NCBI GenBank assembly: GCA_963667785.2
Contig: CAXXMU010000001.1
Location: forward strand, 736,001-800,000
Length of the DNA: 64,000 nucleotides
Direction: 5' to 3'
Source: Alphaproteobacteria bacterium
Lineage (GTDB): Bacteria; Pseudomonadota; Alphaproteobacteria; UBA828
Shown here: positions 1-14,100 of the stretch, piece after piece
Position numbering within the stretch: the stretch's first letter is position 1
Layout: every line of letters begins with the position of its first letter
Notes under the pieces: model-generated
What the model was told of the DNA's origin: nothing
What the model saw: the letters and a program-made list of their open reading frames with translations, nothing else
Databases searched by the model: none
Translations under genes and position numbers: made by a program

Positions 1-753
1 GAAACACAGGCTCAGGTCCTTGCGCATCCAGTCGACCGCGAAGCCGAACTCGAACTCGCCGCTCAGCATGGTCGAGCCGCGGTTCTCCATCTGCCACGAC
101 TGGGCCGCGCCCTTCGAGATGACCTCGAGCACGGTCTCGCCGTCGAGCCCCGCCCGCTGGGCGAAGTTGAGCGCCTCGGCGAGGCCCTGGACGACGCCCG
201 CGATGCAGATCTGGTTGACCATCTTGGTGAGCTGGCCGTTCCCCGCCGGCCCCATGTGGGTGACGTTGCGCGCAAACGCGTCGATGACCGGCCGGGCGCG
301 GCTGAAGTCCGCCTCGTCGCCGCCCACCATCACGGTCAGCACGCCGTTCTCGGCGCCGGCCTGCCCGCCGGAGACCGGCGCGTCGAGGAAGCCCACGCCA
401 CGCTCCTTCGCGGCGGCATGGACTTCGCGCGCGACGACGGCGGAATCGGTCGTGTGGTCGATGAAGATGGCGTCCTCCGCCATGCCGGCGAGCGCGCCGT
501 CGTCGCCATAGACCACCGCGCGCAGGTCGTCGTCGGCGCCGACGCAGGCGAACACCATCTCCGCGCCCTGCGCGGCTGCGGCGGGCGTCGTGGCGGCACG
601 GCCCCCGTGGGTTTCGGTCCACTGCGCGGCCTTGGCTGCGGTACGGTTGTAGACGGTGACCTCGTGCCCCGCCTTGGCGAGATGCCCCGCCATGGGAAAC
701 CCCATCACGCCGAGCCCGAGAAACGCCACCCTGGTGCCGCCGCCATCGACCAT
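1..753 (-). CDS. NAD(P)-dependent oxidoreductase, 3-hydroxyisobutyrate dehydrogenase family (runs off window start)
   Basis: Manual translation from ATG at 753: MVDGGGTRVAFLGLGVMGFPMAGHLAKAGHEVTVYNRT..., later DAPVSGG and KMVNQ, which are typical beta-hydroxyacid dehydrogenase motifs. Absent from the ORF track because no stop lies in the window. Confidence 0.88.
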   Translation of the reverse strand, partial: MVDGGGTRVAFLGLGVMGFPMAGHLAKAGHEVTVYNRTAAKAAQWTETHGGRAATTPAAAAQGAEMVFACVGADDDLRAVVYGDDGALAGMAEDAIFIDHTTDSAVVAREVHAAAKERGVGFLDAPVSGGQAGAENGVLTVMVGGDEADFSRARPVIDAFARNVTHMGPAGNGQLTKMVNQICIAGVVQGLAEALNFAQRAGLDGETVLEVISKGAAQSWQMENRGSTMLSGEFEFGFAVDWMRKDLSLCF

Positions 754-845
754 GTCGCTTCCCTCCCCGCCGGGTTCCTGCGCCGAAGCGCGGCATCCTA
801 ACTAGGGTGTAGGGGGCGGGCAACGACGGCTCCGGCTCCCCGTCG

Positions 846-859
846 TTGACGCAGATCAA
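846..859. promoter_or_regulatory. FNR/NnrR/DNR-type binding site upstream of nosR
   Basis: TTGAC-GCAG-ATCAA, one mismatch to TTGAT-N4-ATCAA, about 90 bp upstream of nosR. Confidence 0.8.
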
Positions 860-951
860 GGCGCCGGCGCATGCCCCGTTCAGACTGAGGACGTTCGACT
901 TCGTCGGCGTATTGGAGAGGCAAATGGCCCGCTCGCCATGACGCGTGTGCC

Positions 952-3219
952 ATGACAATGGCTGCCCCTTCCGGTGCCGGGCACCGAAGCGTGGCGTCGC
1001 GCGCGGCGCGCATCGCGGCCGCCGTCACGGCGCCCCTGCTCGTCGTGCTGCTGCTGGTCGCCGCCGCGCCTGAGGCCCGTGCCGCCGTCGATCTGGCCGG
1101 GGCGCTCACCACGGTGGAGCCCGGAGACCTGGTGCCGGGCGCCGACCGCTTCGGCCCGGTCGAGGGCAGCCCGCCGCGCGCCCCGGCGCTCGCAGGGTCG
1201 ACCACGCTCGGCCACGTCTTCCTCAACACCGATGTCGCGGGCGCCGTGGGCTACTCGGGCAAGCCCATCCACCTCCTCATCGGGCTCGGAGCCAACGGCA
1301 CCATCACCGGCGCCACGCTCCACGAGCACCACGAGCCCATCGTCCTCATCGGGATTCCCGAGCGGAAGGTGGAGAGCTTCATTGCCGGCTATGTCGGGCG
1401 CAACGTCCGCGAGTTCCTGGAGGAACGCGACGCCGGCGACCGCTCCCTCGACATCATCGCCGGCGCGACGGTCACCATCATGGTGATCGACGACGCCATC
1501 CGCCGCTCCGCCGTGAGGATGGCGCGGGCGCTCGGCCTCGCCGGGCTCGGCGCGGCGCCGGCGGCCGCGGCGCAGAGCCGGGGCGAGATCGACGCCGCTC
1601 AGCAGGGCACGGACGACTGGATGACCCTGATCGGCGACGGCTCGGTGCGCCGGCTCAGCCTCAGCGTCGGCGAGGTGACGGCCGACTTCGCGGCCGCGGG
1701 CAAGGAGAAGGCGGCGGCGAGGCCCGAGAGCGACGACCCGGAGGCCCGCTTCATCGACCTCTACGCGGGCCTCGTCAGCGCGCCCGTCATCGGCCGCAGC
1801 CTGCTCGGCGAGGCCGAGTACGAGAACCTGCGCGCGAGGCTCGAGCCCGGCCAGCAGGCGCTGCTGATCGCCGCGAACGGCCTCTATTCCTTCAAGGGAT
1901 CGGGCTTCGTCCGGGGCGGCATCTTCGATCGCATCCAGCTCGCCCAGGGCGAGGGCAGCATCCGCTTCCGCGACCGCAACTACAAGCATCTGGGCGAGGT
2001 CGCCGCCGACCTCGCGCAGCCCTTCGCCGAGGTCGGGCTCTTCGCGGTGCCGGCCGACGCCGGGTTCGATCCGGCCGCGCCGTGGACGCTCCAGCTCCTG
2101 GTGCAGCGCGCCATCGGCGCGCTCGACAAGGATTTCTTGCTCTACGAGCTCTCCTACACCCTGCCCGAGCGCTATCTGATACCCCCGCCGGCGCCGGCGG
2201 TCGCGACCGGGCCGGTGGCTGAGACCGGCGCGCTTCTGGCCGGGCCGGACGGCGAGAGCGCGCTCTGGCAGCGCATCTGGGAGGACCGGGTCGTCGACGT
2301 GGCCGTACTGGGCGCGGCGCTGATCGTGCTTACGCTGATCTTCTTCTTCCAGGACTGGTTCGCGCGCCGGCCGAGGCTCGCCACCGGCGTGCGGCTGGGC
2401 TTCCTGCTCTTCATCGTCGTCTGGCTGGGCGGCTTCGCCCAGGCCCAGCTCTCCGTGGTCAACATCCTCACCTTCGGCAGCGCGCTGATCACCGAGTTCC
2501 GCTGGAGCTACTTCCTGATGGACCCGCTGATCTTCCTGCTATGGTGCGGCACCGCGCTCGCGCTGATCTTCTGGGGCCGGGGGGTCTTCTGCGGCTGGCT
2601 CTGCCCCTTCGGCGCGCTGCAGGAGCTTCTCAACAAGGCAGCAAGGCTCGCGCGCGTGCCGCAGCTCACCCTGCCCTGGGGGCTCCACGAGCGGATGTGG
2701 CCGGTCAAGTACGTGATCTTCATCGGCATATTCGGGGTCGCGCTGCACGATCTCGCGCTCGCCGAGCAACTGGCCGAGGTCGAGCCCTTCAAGACCACGG
2801 TGATCCTGCGCTTCGCCCACGACTGGCCCTTCGTGGCCTGGGCCGGCGTGCTGCTGGGCGCCGGGCTCTTCGTCGAGCGCTTCTTCTGCCGCTATCTCTG
2901 CCCGCTGGGGGCGGCGCTCGCGATCCCCGGCAAGATCAGGATCATGGAGTGGCTGCGCCGCCACAAGGAATGCGGCGCGCCCTGCCATCGCTGCGCCCAG
3001 GAATGCATGGTGCAGGCGATCCATCCCGACGGGCACATCAATCCGAACGAGTGCCTCTACTGCCTGCACTGCCAGCAGGTCTATCACGACGAGCACCGCT
3101 GCCCGCCGATGATCCAGCGCCGCCTCAGGCGCGAGCGGCGGCGCGCGCGTGCGTCCGCGCACATCACCGTTCCGCCCGCGGCACCTGCGGGTCCAACCGG
3201 CACCACAACCAGTCCCTGA
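952..3219 (+). CDS. nosR: NosR, FMN/Fe-S membrane protein
   Basis: GYSGKPI, FMN motif [38 protein letters not shown]-terminal ferredoxin Cys motifs; lies upstream of nosZ. Confidence 0.95.
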   Translation: MTMAAPSGAGHRSVASRAARIAAAVTAPLLVVLLLVAAAPEARAAVDLAGALTTVEPGDLVPGADRFGPVEGSPPRAPALAGSTTLGHVFLNTDVAGAVGYSGKPIHLLIGLGANGTITGATLHEHHEPIVLIGIPERKVESFIAGYVGRNVREFLEERDAGDRSLDIIAGATVTIMVIDDAIRRSAVRMARALGLAGLGAAPAAAAQSRGEIDAAQQGTDDWMTLIGDGSVRRLSLSVGEVTADFAAAGKEKAAARPESDDPEARFIDLYAGLVSAPVIGRSLLGEAEYENLRARLEPGQQALLIAANGLYSFKGSGFVRGGIFDRIQLAQGEGSIRFRDRNYKHLGEVAADLAQPFAEVGLFAVPADAGFDPAAPWTLQLLVQRAIGALDKDFLLYELSYTLPERYLIPPPAPAVATGPVAETGALLAGPDGESALWQRIWEDRVVDVAVLGAALIVLTLIFFFQDWFARRPRLATGVRLGFLLFIVVWLGGFAQAQLSVVNILTFGSALITEFRWSYFLMDPLIFLLWCGTALALIFWGRGVFCGWLCPFGALQELLNKAARLARVPQLTLPWGLHERMWPVKYVIFIGIFGVALHDLALAEQLAEVEPFKTTVILRFAHDWPFVAWAGVLLGAGLFVERFFCRYLCPLGAALAIPGKIRIMEWLRRHKECGAPCHRCAQECMVQAIHPDGHINPNECLYCLHCQQVYHDEHRCPPMIQRRLRRERRRARASAHITVPPAAPAGPTGTTTSP

Positions 3220-3242
3220 TGCCAAGCAGAGAGGAGAGATCC

Positions 3243-5168
3243 ATGCCGAAGAGGAAGTCACCGGAGCAGGGCGGCCTGACCCGCCGCGAGCTGATCGGCA
3301 CCACGGCCAAGGTCGCCACCGTCGGCGGCGTGGTCGCCGCCGGAGTCGCGGGCGTGACCCCCGCCGACCCGCCGCGTAAGGCGCGCGCGGCCAGCGATTC
3401 GGGCGCGGGCACGGTGGGGCCGGGCCAGCTCGACGAGTATTACGGCTTCTGGTCGTCCGGCCAGTCCGGCGAGGTGCGCGTCTTCGGCGTCCCCTCCATG
3501 CGCGAGCTCCTCCGCATCCCGGTCTTCAACCGCTGCAGCGCCACCGGCTGGGGGCTCACCAACGAGAGCCGCAAGATCATGACCGAGAATCTCCTGCCCG
3601 AGACCAAGGCGTTTCTCGCATCCCGCGGCGGCATCTACACCAACGGCGATGCGCACCACCCGCACATGTCGTTCACCGACGGCACCTATGACGGGCGCTA
3701 CGTCTGGATCAACGACAAGGCGAACACGCGGGTCGCCCGCATCCGCTGCGACGTGATGAGGGTCGACAAGATCGTGGAGATCCCGAACGCCAACGACATT
3801 CACGGCCTGCGGCCCCAGAAATATCCGCGCACCGGCTACGTCTTCTGCAACGGCGAGCACGAGATTCCGCTGCCCAACGACGGCTCGGTGCTCGACGACC
3901 CGTCGCAGTACATCGCGATCTTCACCGCGCTCGACGGCGACACCATGGAGGTGGCCTGGCAGGTAATCGTCGACGGCAACCTCGACAATGTCGACGCCGA
4001 CTACCAGGGCAAGTACGCCGTCTCCACCTGCTACAACTCCGAGATGGGCATGAACCTGGAGGAGATGACCGCTGCCGAGCAGGACTGGGCCGTCGTCTTC
4101 AACATCGCCCGCATCGAGCAGGGGGTGAAGGACGGCGACTACACCGTTCACCAGGGGGTCAAGGTGCTGGACGGCCGCAAGGGCTCGCCCTACACCCGCT
4201 ACATCCCGATCTCCACAAGCCCGCACGGCGTCAACACCGCGCCCGACGGCCACCACATCGTCATCAACGGCAAGCTGTCGCCGACCGTCTCGGTCATCGA
4301 CGTGCGCCGGCTCGACGACCTGTTCGACGACAAGATCGCGCCGCGCGACGTGATCGTCGCCGAGCCCGAGCTGGGTCTCGGCCCGCTGCATACCGCCTTC
4401 GACGGGCGCGGCAACTGCTTCACCACGATCTTTCTCGACAGCCAGGTCTGCAAGTGGAACATGGAGGCCGCCATTCGCCAGTACAACGGCGAGGAGGTCG
4501 ACCCGATCCTCGAGAAGATCGACGTCCACTACCAGCCGGGCCACAACCACACCTCCATGGGAGAGACCAAGGAGGCTGACGGCAAGTGGCTGGTCTCGCT
4601 CAACAAGTTCTCGAAGGACCGGTTCATCAACGTGGGCCCGCTCAAGCCCGAATGCGAGCAGCTCATCGACATCTCGGGCGACAGCATGCAGCTCGTGCAC
4701 GACGGCCCCACCTTCTCGGAGCCCCACGACTGCATCATCGTGCACCGCAGCAAGATGAACCCGAACCAGATCTGGGACCGCGAGGACCCGACCTGGGAGG
4801 AGGCGCGCCAGTGGGCGGCGAAGGACGGCGTCGACCTCGACTGGGGCGAGGACGTGATCCGCGACGGCAACAAGGTGCGGGTCTATATGTACTCGGTCGC
4901 GCCCGCGTTCAGCCTTGAGAAGTTCGAGGTGAACGAGGGCGACGAGGTCACGGTCTTCATCACCAACCAGGACGACGTCGACGACCTCACCCACGGCTGG
5001 AGCCTCTCCAACTACGGGGTGGCCATGGAGGTGCCGCCGCAGGCGACCGCGTCGGTGACGTTCACCGCCGACCGGCCGGGCGTCCACTGGTTCTATTGTC
5101 AGTGGTTCTGTCACGCGCTCCACATGGAGATGCGGGGGCGCATGTTCGTGAAGCCCAAGACCGCCTGA
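3243..5168 (+). CDS. nosZ: TAT-dependent nitrous-oxide reductase, clade I
   Basis: Start MPKRKS after GAGGAG; twin-Arg TRRELIG; CuZ His motifs DAHH, SPHG, GPLH, PGHNH, EPHD; CuA motif [14 protein letters not shown]. Confidence 0.97.
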   Translation: MPKRKSPEQGGLTRRELIGTTAKVATVGGVVAAGVAGVTPADPPRKARAASDSGAGTVGPGQLDEYYGFWSSGQSGEVRVFGVPSMRELLRIPVFNRCSATGWGLTNESRKIMTENLLPETKAFLASRGGIYTNGDAHHPHMSFTDGTYDGRYVWINDKANTRVARIRCDVMRVDKIVEIPNANDIHGLRPQKYPRTGYVFCNGEHEIPLPNDGSVLDDPSQYIAIFTALDGDTMEVAWQVIVDGNLDNVDADYQGKYAVSTCYNSEMGMNLEEMTAAEQDWAVVFNIARIEQGVKDGDYTVHQGVKVLDGRKGSPYTRYIPISTSPHGVNTAPDGHHIVINGKLSPTVSVIDVRRLDDLFDDKIAPRDVIVAEPELGLGPLHTAFDGRGNCFTTIFLDSQVCKWNMEAAIRQYNGEEVDPILEKIDVHYQPGHNHTSMGETKEADGKWLVSLNKFSKDRFINVGPLKPECEQLIDISGDSMQLVHDGPTFSEPHDCIIVHRSKMNPNQIWDREDPTWEEARQWAAKDGVDLDWGEDVIRDGNKVRVYMYSVAPAFSLEKFEVNEGDEVTVFITNQDDVDDLTHGWSLSNYGVAMEVPPQATASVTFTADRPGVHWFYCQWFCHALHMEMRGRMFVKPKTA

Positions 5169-6435
5169 TGCGCCTGCGGCTCGCGGTGCCGGTCCTCTGC
5201 GCGGCGGCGCTCCTGCTCGCCGCCCAAGGGGGGCCGCGCGCCGCGCCCGCGGCGGTCACGGAGGTCGCACCCGGCCCCGGCACGCTGCGGGCCGCGCTCG
5301 ATGCCGCCGCGCCCGGCGCGGTTCTGCGGCTTGCCGCGGGCGTCTATCCGGGGCCGATCACCATCGACCGCCCGCTCACCCTCGAAGGCGCGCCCGGCGC
5401 CGTCCTCGACGGGGGCGGGCGGGGCCGGGTGCTCAGCATTGCCGCGCCGGACGTGACGGTGCGCGGGCTCACCGTCCGCAACTCGGGCCTCAGCCTCGCC
5501 GAGACCGACGCCGGAATCTTCCTCGACAAGGCCGCCTCGGGCGCGCTGGTCGAGGGCAACCGGGTGGAGAACAACCTCTTCGGCATCTACCTGCACGGCG
5601 CCAGGAACGCGCTCGTGCAGGGCAACGATGTCATCGGCAACCGCGACCTGCGCATGAGCGAGCGCGGCAACGGCATTCACCTCTGGGCGGCCAGAGGGTC
5701 GGTGGTGGACGGCAACCGGGTCCGCTACGGGCGGGACGGCATCTTCGTCACCACCAGCCGCAAGAACGCCTTTCGCAACAACGAGTTCCGGGACCTGCGC
5801 TTCGCCATTCACTACATGTACACCCACGACAGCGAGGTCAGCGGCAACGACTCGCGGAACAATCACGTGGGCTATGCCCTGATGTACTCGGACCGGCTGC
5901 GCGTGTTCGGCAACCGCTCCGAGGGCGACCGGGACCACGGCTTCCTCTTCAACTTCGCCAACAAGTCGCGGATCGAGGGCAATCTCGTGCGCGCCGGCCG
6001 CACCAAGTGCGTCTTCCTCTACAACGCGAACCGCAACAGGATCGGCGGCAACCTGTTCGAGGGCTGCGCCATCGGCATCCACTTCACCGCCGGCTCCGAG
6101 GGCAATCTCATCGCCGGCAACGGCTTCGTCGGCAACGCGACGCAGGTGAAGTATGTCGGCACGCGCAACGTCGAATGGTCCGCGGACGGCGTCGGCAACT
6201 ACTGGAGTGACAATCCCGCCTTCGACCTCGACGGCGACGGCATCGCCGACGCGCCCTACAGGCCCAACGACCTCGTCGATCAGGTGGTCTGGCGCCATCC
6301 GCTGGCCAAGCTGCTGCTGACCAGCCCGTCGGTGCGCATCCTGCGCTGGGCGCATGACCGCTTCCCCTCGCTCTATCCGGGCGGCGTGGTCGATTCCGCG
6401 CCGCTCATGCGCCCGCCCCGGCCGGAGGCCGGCTG

Positions 6436-6436
<1 letters not shown>
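5168..6436 (+). CDS. nosD: NosD maturation protein (beta-helix)
   Basis: ATG overlaps the nosZ stop; RGNGIHLW, GRDGIF, HYMY, GNYWSD, DLDGDGIAD. Confidence 0.95.
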
Positions 6437-7358
<922 letters not shown>

Positions 7359-7362
<4 letters not shown>

Positions 7363-8186
7363 GCGCGGTCGCCGTCATCGCCGGCCGCGAGGTGCTGGCG
7401 GGCGTGCGCAACAGGTGGATGCTCGCGGCTACGCTGCTGCTCGGCGCGCTCGCGCTGACGCTCGCCTTCGTCGGCTCGAGCCCGGTCGGCGCGGTCGACG
7501 CGACGCGTCTCTCGATCACCGTGGTGAGCCTGTCGAGCCTGTCGGCCTTCCTGGTGCCGCTGATCGGCCTGCTGGTGAGCTACGACGCCCTGGTCGGCGA
7601 GATCGAGCGCGGCACCATGCCGCTCCTGATGACCTGCCCGGTCACCCGCTGGCGCATCGTGCTCGGCAAATTCGCGGGCCAGGTCGCGATCCTCGTCGTC
7701 GCCACGGTTGCGGGCTTCGGCATCGCCGCGCTCGCGACCGGCCTCGGCGACGGCAGCGATGCCGATGCCTGGGGCGCCTTCGGGATCATGGTCGGCGGCT
7801 CCATCCTGCTGGGCGCGGCCTTCATCGCGCTCGGCACGCTCTTCAGCGCAGTGGTGGCGGAGCGCGGCACCGCCGCGGGAGTCTCGGTCGCGGCATGGCT
7901 GGTCTTCGTCGTGCTCTTCGACATGGCGCTGCTCGCGATCCTGGTCGCCGACGAGGGGCAGGCGGTCTCGGGCGAGCTCTTCCGGGTGCTCCTCCTGCTC
8001 AATCCCACCGATGTCTACCGCATGCTGACGCTCGCCGGCTCCGAGACCGTGGGCGCGCTCTCCGGCATGGCGGGCGTGAGCGCGGAGGCCGCCTTCGGGC
8101 CCGCGCTCCTGGTGTCGGTGATGCTGCTCTGGATCGCGGTGCCGCTCGGCCTCGCGGGCCTTCTCTTCGGGAGGAAGGAGCTGTGA
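7359..8186 (+). CDS. nosY: NosY ABC permease
   Basis: RNRW, YDALVGEIERGT, LLNPTDVYR; hydrophobic. Confidence 0.93.
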
Positions 8187-8731
8187 GGCGCCTCTGCGTC
8201 CTGCTGGCGGCGGGCCTGCTCGCGCTGGTCGTGAACGCCGGCTGCGATGGAGAGGAAGAGGTGGCGGCCAGGCCGCCGCCCGTGGAGCCGACCCGCGATG
8301 CCTCGGGCCACTATTGCGGCATGATCCTGGTCGATCACAAGGGGCCCAAGGCCCAGATCCACCTCCCCGACGAGGCCGAGCCGGTGTGGTTCTCCTCGGT
8401 GCGCGACGCCATCGCCTACACCATGCTGCCCGAGGAGCCCCGAAACATCGCCGCCATGTACGTGAACGACATGGGCGCCGCCCGGTGGGATGCGCCCGAG
8501 CCCGGCACCTGGATCGACGCCGACGGCGCTTGGTACGTGATCGGCAGCGACCGTCTCGGCGGCATGGGGGTGGCCGAGGCGGTGCCCTTCGCGGCCCGCG
8601 CCGCCGCCCTGCAGTTCACGGAGGAGCATGGCGGGCGGATCGTCGCGCTCACGGACGTGCCGGAGGGCTACATCTTCGCCTATGCCGACGAGCCCGAGGG
8701 CGGGATGTCGATGCAGGAGGCCCAGCAATGA
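8183..8731 (+). CDS. nosL: NosL copper chaperone lipoprotein
   Basis: GTG start overlapping the nosY stop; lipobox-like NAGC; GHYCGM..H.GPKAQI; GGMG..EAVPF. Confidence 0.92.
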   Translation: MRRLCVLLAAGLLALVVNAGCDGEEEVAARPPPVEPTRDASGHYCGMILVDHKGPKAQIHLPDEAEPVWFSSVRDAIAYTMLPEEPRNIAAMYVNDMGAARWDAPEPGTWIDADGAWYVIGSDRLGGMGVAEAVPFAARAAALQFTEEHGGRIVALTDVPEGYIFAYADEPEGGMSMQEAQQ

Positions 8732-9714
8732 GGCGCGCAACGGGTCCGGCACCGACGCGGCGCCGCTTCATCGCCATCGCCGCCGCGGTCGCCGGCCTGC
8801 CGCTGGCGGCGCTCCCCGCCGGCGCGGCGCAGGCGCCGCTCCACCGCTGGTCCGGCATCGCGCTGGGGGCCAAGGCCGAGATCGCCCTGCACGACCCGGA
8901 TGCGGCCCGTGCGCGCCGGCTGATCGCGGCCTGCGTCGCCGAGATCGACCGGCTGGAGGATGTGTTTAGCCTCTACCGGCCGGAGAGCGCGATCTGCCGG
9001 CTCAACCGCGCCGGCCGCCTCGCAGCCCCGCCGCTGGAGCTGGTCGCGCTGCTGGCTGAGGCGCGGGCCTATGCGGAGCGGACCGACGGCGCCTTCGACG
9101 TCACGGTGCAGCCGCTCTGGCGCCTCTACGCCGCGCACTTCGCGCGTGCAGGTGCCGACGCGCGCGGGCCGGGGGAGGCCGCTCTGGCGCGCGTCCGGGC
9201 CCTGGTGGACCACCGGGCGCTGGAGATCGACGCGGCGGAGGTCCGCTTCGCCCGGCCCGGCATGGCGATTACGCTGAACGGGATCGCCCAGGGCTTCATC
9301 ACCGATCGCGTCGCCGCCCTGCTCCGGGACGCCGGCATGACTGACGTCCTGCTCGACATCGGCGAGTGCCGGGCGCTCGGCCGCCATCCCGACGGCCGCC
9401 CCTGGCGCATAGGCCTCCGCCGGGCGGCGGAGCCGGAAAGTGTGGCGCGCACCATCGCGCTTGCGGACGGCGCCGTCGCCACCTCGGCGGGCAGCGCCAG
9501 CCCGTTCGAGCCGAGCGGCCGCTGGCACCATCTCTTCGACCCGGCGACGGGCCGGCCCGCGCAGGCGGCGGGGCAGGTCTCGGTGATCGCGCCGAGCGCC
9601 ACCATGGCCGATGCGCTCTCCACCGCGCTCGCCGTCTCTCTTCCTGCGCGCGTCGCCGCCATCGCCGCCCGCTTCCCCGGGATCGACGTGCTATCCGACG
9701 CGGCTGCGGGCTAG
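8728..9714 (+). CDS. nosX: NosX / ApbE-family FAD:protein FMN transferase
   Basis: TAT motif TRRRFI; GAFDVTVQPL, LNGIAQG, AVATS, HLFDPATG, ADALSTA. Confidence 0.9.
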   Translation: MRRATGPAPTRRRFIAIAAAVAGLPLAALPAGAAQAPLHRWSGIALGAKAEIALHDPDAARARRLIAACVAEIDRLEDVFSLYRPESAICRLNRAGRLAAPPLELVALLAEARAYAERTDGAFDVTVQPLWRLYAAHFARAGADARGPGEAALARVRALVDHRALEIDAAEVRFARPGMAITLNGIAQGFITDRVAALLRDAGMTDVLLDIGECRALGRHPDGRPWRIGLRRAAEPESVARTIALADGAVATSAGSASPFEPSGRWHHLFDPATGRPAQAAGQVSVIAPSATMADALSTALAVSLPARVAAIAARFPGIDVLSDAAAG

Positions 9715-9757
9715 GATACGCCCCGCCCAACCCCGATTCCCGCCGAGCGGGCGCCCG

Positions 9758-10723
9758 ATGGCCGTCTACACCGAAGTCTCAGACGACGAACTCGCCGCGT
9801 TCATCGCGGACTACGACATCGGCCCGGTCCTCTCCTTCAAGGGCATCGCCGAAGGGGTCGAGAACTCGAACTACGTCCTGCTGACCGGGGGCGGCCCCTA
9901 CATCCTCACGCTCTACGAGAAGCGCGTCGCCGAAGCCGACCTGCCCTTCTTCCTCGGCCTGATCGAGCACCTGGCGGCGCGCGGCGTGCCCTGCCCAGTA
10001 CCGGTCCACGGGCGGGACGGCGAGGTGCTGCGCAGGCTCTGCGGCCGGCCGGCGGCGATCACGAGCTTCCTCGCCGGCGTCTGGCCCAGGCGCCCCCGGC
10101 CCGACCAGTGCGCGGCGCTCGGCGAGGCGCTGGCGCGGCTGCACCTCGCGGGCCTCGACTACGCGCCGCAGCGCGCCAACGCGCTCTCCCTCGATAGCTG
10201 GCGGCCGCTGTTCGAGCGCTGCCGCGCGGGCGCCGACGACGTGGCGCCGGGGCTCTCGGCCGAGGTCGCGGCCACGCTGAGCCGCATCGACGCGGAATGG
10301 CCGCGCGACCTGCCGCGCGGCGTGATCCACGCCGACCTTTTCCCCGACAACGTCTTCTTCGAGCGCGACCGGCTCAGCGGCCTGATCGACTTCTACTTCG
10401 CCTGCAACGACGCGCTGGTCTACGACCTCGCCGTCTGCCTCAACGCCTGGTGCTTCGAGCCCGATCTCAGCTTCAACGTGACCAAGGCGCGCCTCATGAT
10501 CGGGCGCTACCGCGCGGTGCGCCGCTGCTCGGCCGACGAGATCGCCGCGCTCCCGCGCCTTGCGGAGGGGGCGGCGCTGCGCTTCCTGCTGACCCGCCTC
10601 TACGACTGGATCAACCAGGTGGACGGCGCGCTCGTCAAGCCCAAGGACCCGCGCGAGTACCTCCACAAGCTCCGCTTCCATCGCGGCGTGAGGGACCCTG
10701 CGGCCTACGGCATCGATCCGTGA
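9758..10723 (+). CDS. thrB: Homoserine kinase, type II (APH family)
   Basis: [44 protein letters not shown]. Confidence 0.93.
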   Translation: MAVYTEVSDDELAAFIADYDIGPVLSFKGIAEGVENSNYVLLTGGGPYILTLYEKRVAEADLPFFLGLIEHLAARGVPCPVPVHGRDGEVLRRLCGRPAAITSFLAGVWPRRPRPDQCAALGEALARLHLAGLDYAPQRANALSLDSWRPLFERCRAGADDVAPGLSAEVAATLSRIDAEWPRDLPRGVIHADLFPDNVFFERDRLSGLIDFYFACNDALVYDLAVCLNAWCFEPDLSFNVTKARLMIGRYRAVRRCSADEIAALPRLAEGAALRFLLTRLYDWINQVDGALVKPKDPREYLHKLRFHRGVRDPAAYGIDP

Positions 10724-11163
10724 CCGTTAGGATCTATACCGACGGCGCCTGCAGCGGCAATCCGGGGCCGGGCGGCTGGGGCGCGGTGCTGCTCTTCGGC
10801 GAACACCGCCGCGAGATCAGCGGCGCGGCGCCCGAGACCACCAACAACCGCATGGAGCTCACCGCCGCGATCCGGGCGCTGGAAGCACTCACCCGCCGCT
10901 CGGCGGTCGACCTCTACACCGACAGCACCTACGTCAAGGACGGCATCACCCGGTGGCTCGCGAACTGGAAGGCCAAAGGCTGGCGCACCGCATCGAAAAC
11001 CCCGGTCAAGAACCGCGACCTGTGGGAGGCCCTCGATGCCCTCAGCAGCCGCCACGACGTGCGCTGGCACTGGGTGCGGGGCCATGCCGGCACGGCCGAG
11101 AACGAGCGCGCGGATGCGCTCGCCCGCACGGCGCTGAAAGAGGGGGTTACTCCGCGGCGCTGA
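10720..11163 (+). CDS. rnhA: Ribonuclease HI
   Basis: [43 protein letters not shown]. Confidence 0.96.
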   Translation: MTVRIYTDGACSGNPGPGGWGAVLLFGEHRREISGAAPETTNNRMELTAAIRALEALTRRSAVDLYTDSTYVKDGITRWLANWKAKGWRTASKTPVKNRDLWEALDALSSRHDVRWHWVRGHAGTAENERADALARTALKEGVTPRR

Positions 11164-14100
11164 CCTGGGGCGCGGGCGCGCGGAAGGCGGCCAGCAACTC
11201 GGCCTCGCGCTCCTTCGCGCAGGCGATGTTGGCCTCCTTCACGTGGCCGAAGCCGCGCATGGCGAGCGGCACCTCGGCGATCTCCACCGCCAGCGCATGG
11301 TTGTCCGAGCCGAGGCCGGCGATCAGCGCCTCGACCGTCGCCTCGTACTCGCCGATCAGCGCCCGCTCCCGGCGCCGCTCGGCGGTGTAGCCGAAGGGGT
11401 CGAGGGCGGTCCCGCGCAGGCCCCTGAACGCCACCAGCAGGCGGAAGGCCGGCAGCATCCACGGCCCGAAGACCTGTTTCTTCAGATGGCCGGTCTCGGG
11501 GTCGCGGCGGGCGAAGAGCGGCGGCGCCAGGCTGAAACGGAGCCCGATCCGCCCCTCGAACTGCGACGCCACGCGGGCCTGGAAGCGGCCGTCGGTGAAG
11601 AGCCGGGCGACCTCGTACTCGTCCTTGTAGGCGAGCAGCTTGTGATAGGCGCGGGCGACCGCCTCGCCGAGGGACTCGCGGCCCGGCGCGCGCTGCCGCT
11701 CCGCCTCCCGCACCCGGGCCACCAGCGCCCGGTAGCGCGCGGCGTAGGCCGTGTTCTGATAGGCCCTGAGGTCGGCGGCGCGGCGCTCGATCAGCGCATC
11801 CAGCCCTTCGGCCGGCGCTTCCTCGCGCAGCGTGCCGGTCTCGGCCGCCGCATCCAGCACGGCCTGCCGGTCGTGCGCCGCGGCGCGGCCCCAGCGGAAG
11901 GCGCGCAGGTTGGCGTCGGTGGCGACGCCGTTGAGCGCGATCGCCCGTTCGATCGCGTCCGCACCGAGCGGGACCAGGCCGCGCTGGTAGGCGACGCCGA
12001 GAAGGAAGAGGTTGGCGTAGACGGCATCGCCGATCAGCGCCGTGGCCAGCCGGGTCGCGTCGACGACGTCGATCCCCCGCGCCGACGCCGCGATCACCCG
12101 CTCGAGCTGGTCGGCGGGGTAGGCGAGGTCGGGCACCCGGGTGAAGTCTCCGGTCGGCATGCGCGCGCCGTTGATCACGGCATGCGAGGCGCTGCGGTCG
12201 AGCCGCGAGGTCGCCTCCCGGCTCGCCGCCACCACCAGGTCGATGCCGAGCAGGAGCCTGGCGCCGCCCGTGGCGATGCGCACCGCGTGGAGGTCGTCCG
12301 CCCGTTCGGCGATGCGGACATGGCTGGTGACGGCGCCGTACTTCTGGGCGAGGCCCGCCTTGTCGAGCACCGTCGCGCCCTTGCCCTCGAGCCTGGCCGC
12401 GGTGCCGAGCAGCGCGCCGAGGGTCACGATGCCGGTGCCGCCGACGCCGGCCAGCAGGATGCCGTAGGGCTCGGCGCAGGAGGGGCGCGCGGGCTCGGGC
12501 AGCGCGGCGATGGGCCGCTCGGAGACGCCGTCGGAAGCGCCCGCTCGCCGCGTCCCCCCCTTGACCAGCACGAAGCTCGGGCAGAAGCCCTTGAGGCAGG
12601 AGAAGTCCTTGTTGCAGGCGGACTGGTCGATCGCCCGCTTGCGGCCGAACTCGGTCTCGAGCGGCACCACCGAAAGGCAGTTGGACTGCACCCCGCAGTC
12701 GCCGCAGCCCTCGCAGACGTCCGGGTTGATGATGACCCGCCAGTCCGGGTCCTCCAGCGTGCCGCGCTTGCGCCGGCGCCGCTTCTCGGTCGCGCACATC
12801 TGGTCGTAGACGATGGCCGAGACCCCCTCCCAGGCGCGCAGCTCGCGCTGCACCCGGTCGAGCTCGTCACGGTGGTGGATCGTCACGCCGTCGGCGAACT
12901 GCCCGTCGAAGGGGTATTTCTCCGGCTGGTCGGTGACCACGGCGACGCGGCCCACGCCTTCCTCCTGGATCTGGCGGGTCACGCGCTGGACCGAGAGCGG
13001 CCCGTCCATGGGCTGGCCGCCGGTCATCGCGACCGCGTCGTTGTAGAGGATCTTGTAGGTCATGTTGACGTTGGCGGCGACGGCGGCGCGGATCGCCAGG
13101 ATGCCGGAGTGGAAGTAGGTGCCGTCGCCGATGTTCTGGAACACGTGGCGGGTCTCGGTGAAGGGCGCCTGCCCGATCCAGCTCGCGCCCTCGCCGCCCA
13201 TGTGGGTGAAGGTCGCGGTCTCGCGGTCCATCCACTGCGCCATGTAGTGGCAGCCGATGCCGGCGAGCGCGCGGCTCCCCTCCGGCACCTTGGTCGAGCT
13301 GTTGTGCGGGCAGCCGGAGCAGAAGTAGGGCACGCGCTCGATGGCCGCGGGCTCGGCGGCGGCGCTCTCCGCCCACCTGGCCTGCAGATGGGCGACGCGC
13401 GCCTCGATGCGCTCGTCCGTGCCGAAGCGCGCGAGCCGGGCGGCGATGGTCTGCGCCACACCGCCGGGGTCCAGCTCGCCGGAGGCGCGCAGCAGCGGCC
13501 GCCCGTCCTCGTCGCACTTGCCGATGACGCGGGGCCGCGCGCTCGCCGGCAGGTTGTAGAGGATCTCCTTGATCTGGTTCTCGATGAAGCCGCGCTTCTC
13601 CTCCACCACGAGGATTTCGTCCAGCCCGCCGGCGAAGCGCCTGATGCCGTCCGGCTCCAGCGGCCAGCTCATGCCGACCTTGTAGAGGGCGAGCCCCGAA
13701 CGCCGGGCAAGTTCCTCGTCGATGCCGAGATCGTCGAGCGCCTGGCGCACGTCGAGGTAGGACTTGCCGGTGGTGACGATGCCGAGGCGGCGCCCCGGCC
13801 CGTCGATCACGGCGCGGTCGAGCCCGTTCGCGCGGCCGTAGGCGCGGGCGGCCGCGAGCTTGTGCTCCAGCAGCCGCTCCTCCTGTTCGAGCGGCGTGTC
13901 CGGCCAGCGGATGTTGAGCCCGCCCGGCGGCAGCGCATGGTCCTCGGGCGGGACGATGGCGACGCGGTGGGGGTCCACGGAGACGATGGCCGAGCTGTCC
14001 ACGGTCTCGGCGATGCAGATGAAGCCGACCCAGAGGCCGGCGTAGCGCGAGAGCCCCCAGCCGTGCAGCCCGAAATCCAGGAACTCCTGCACGCCGGCGG

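Noticed and set aside
11147-11163. 17-bp tail-to-tail overlap of rnhA and the IOR-family gene
   Set aside because: Short convergent overlaps are common in GC-rich genomes
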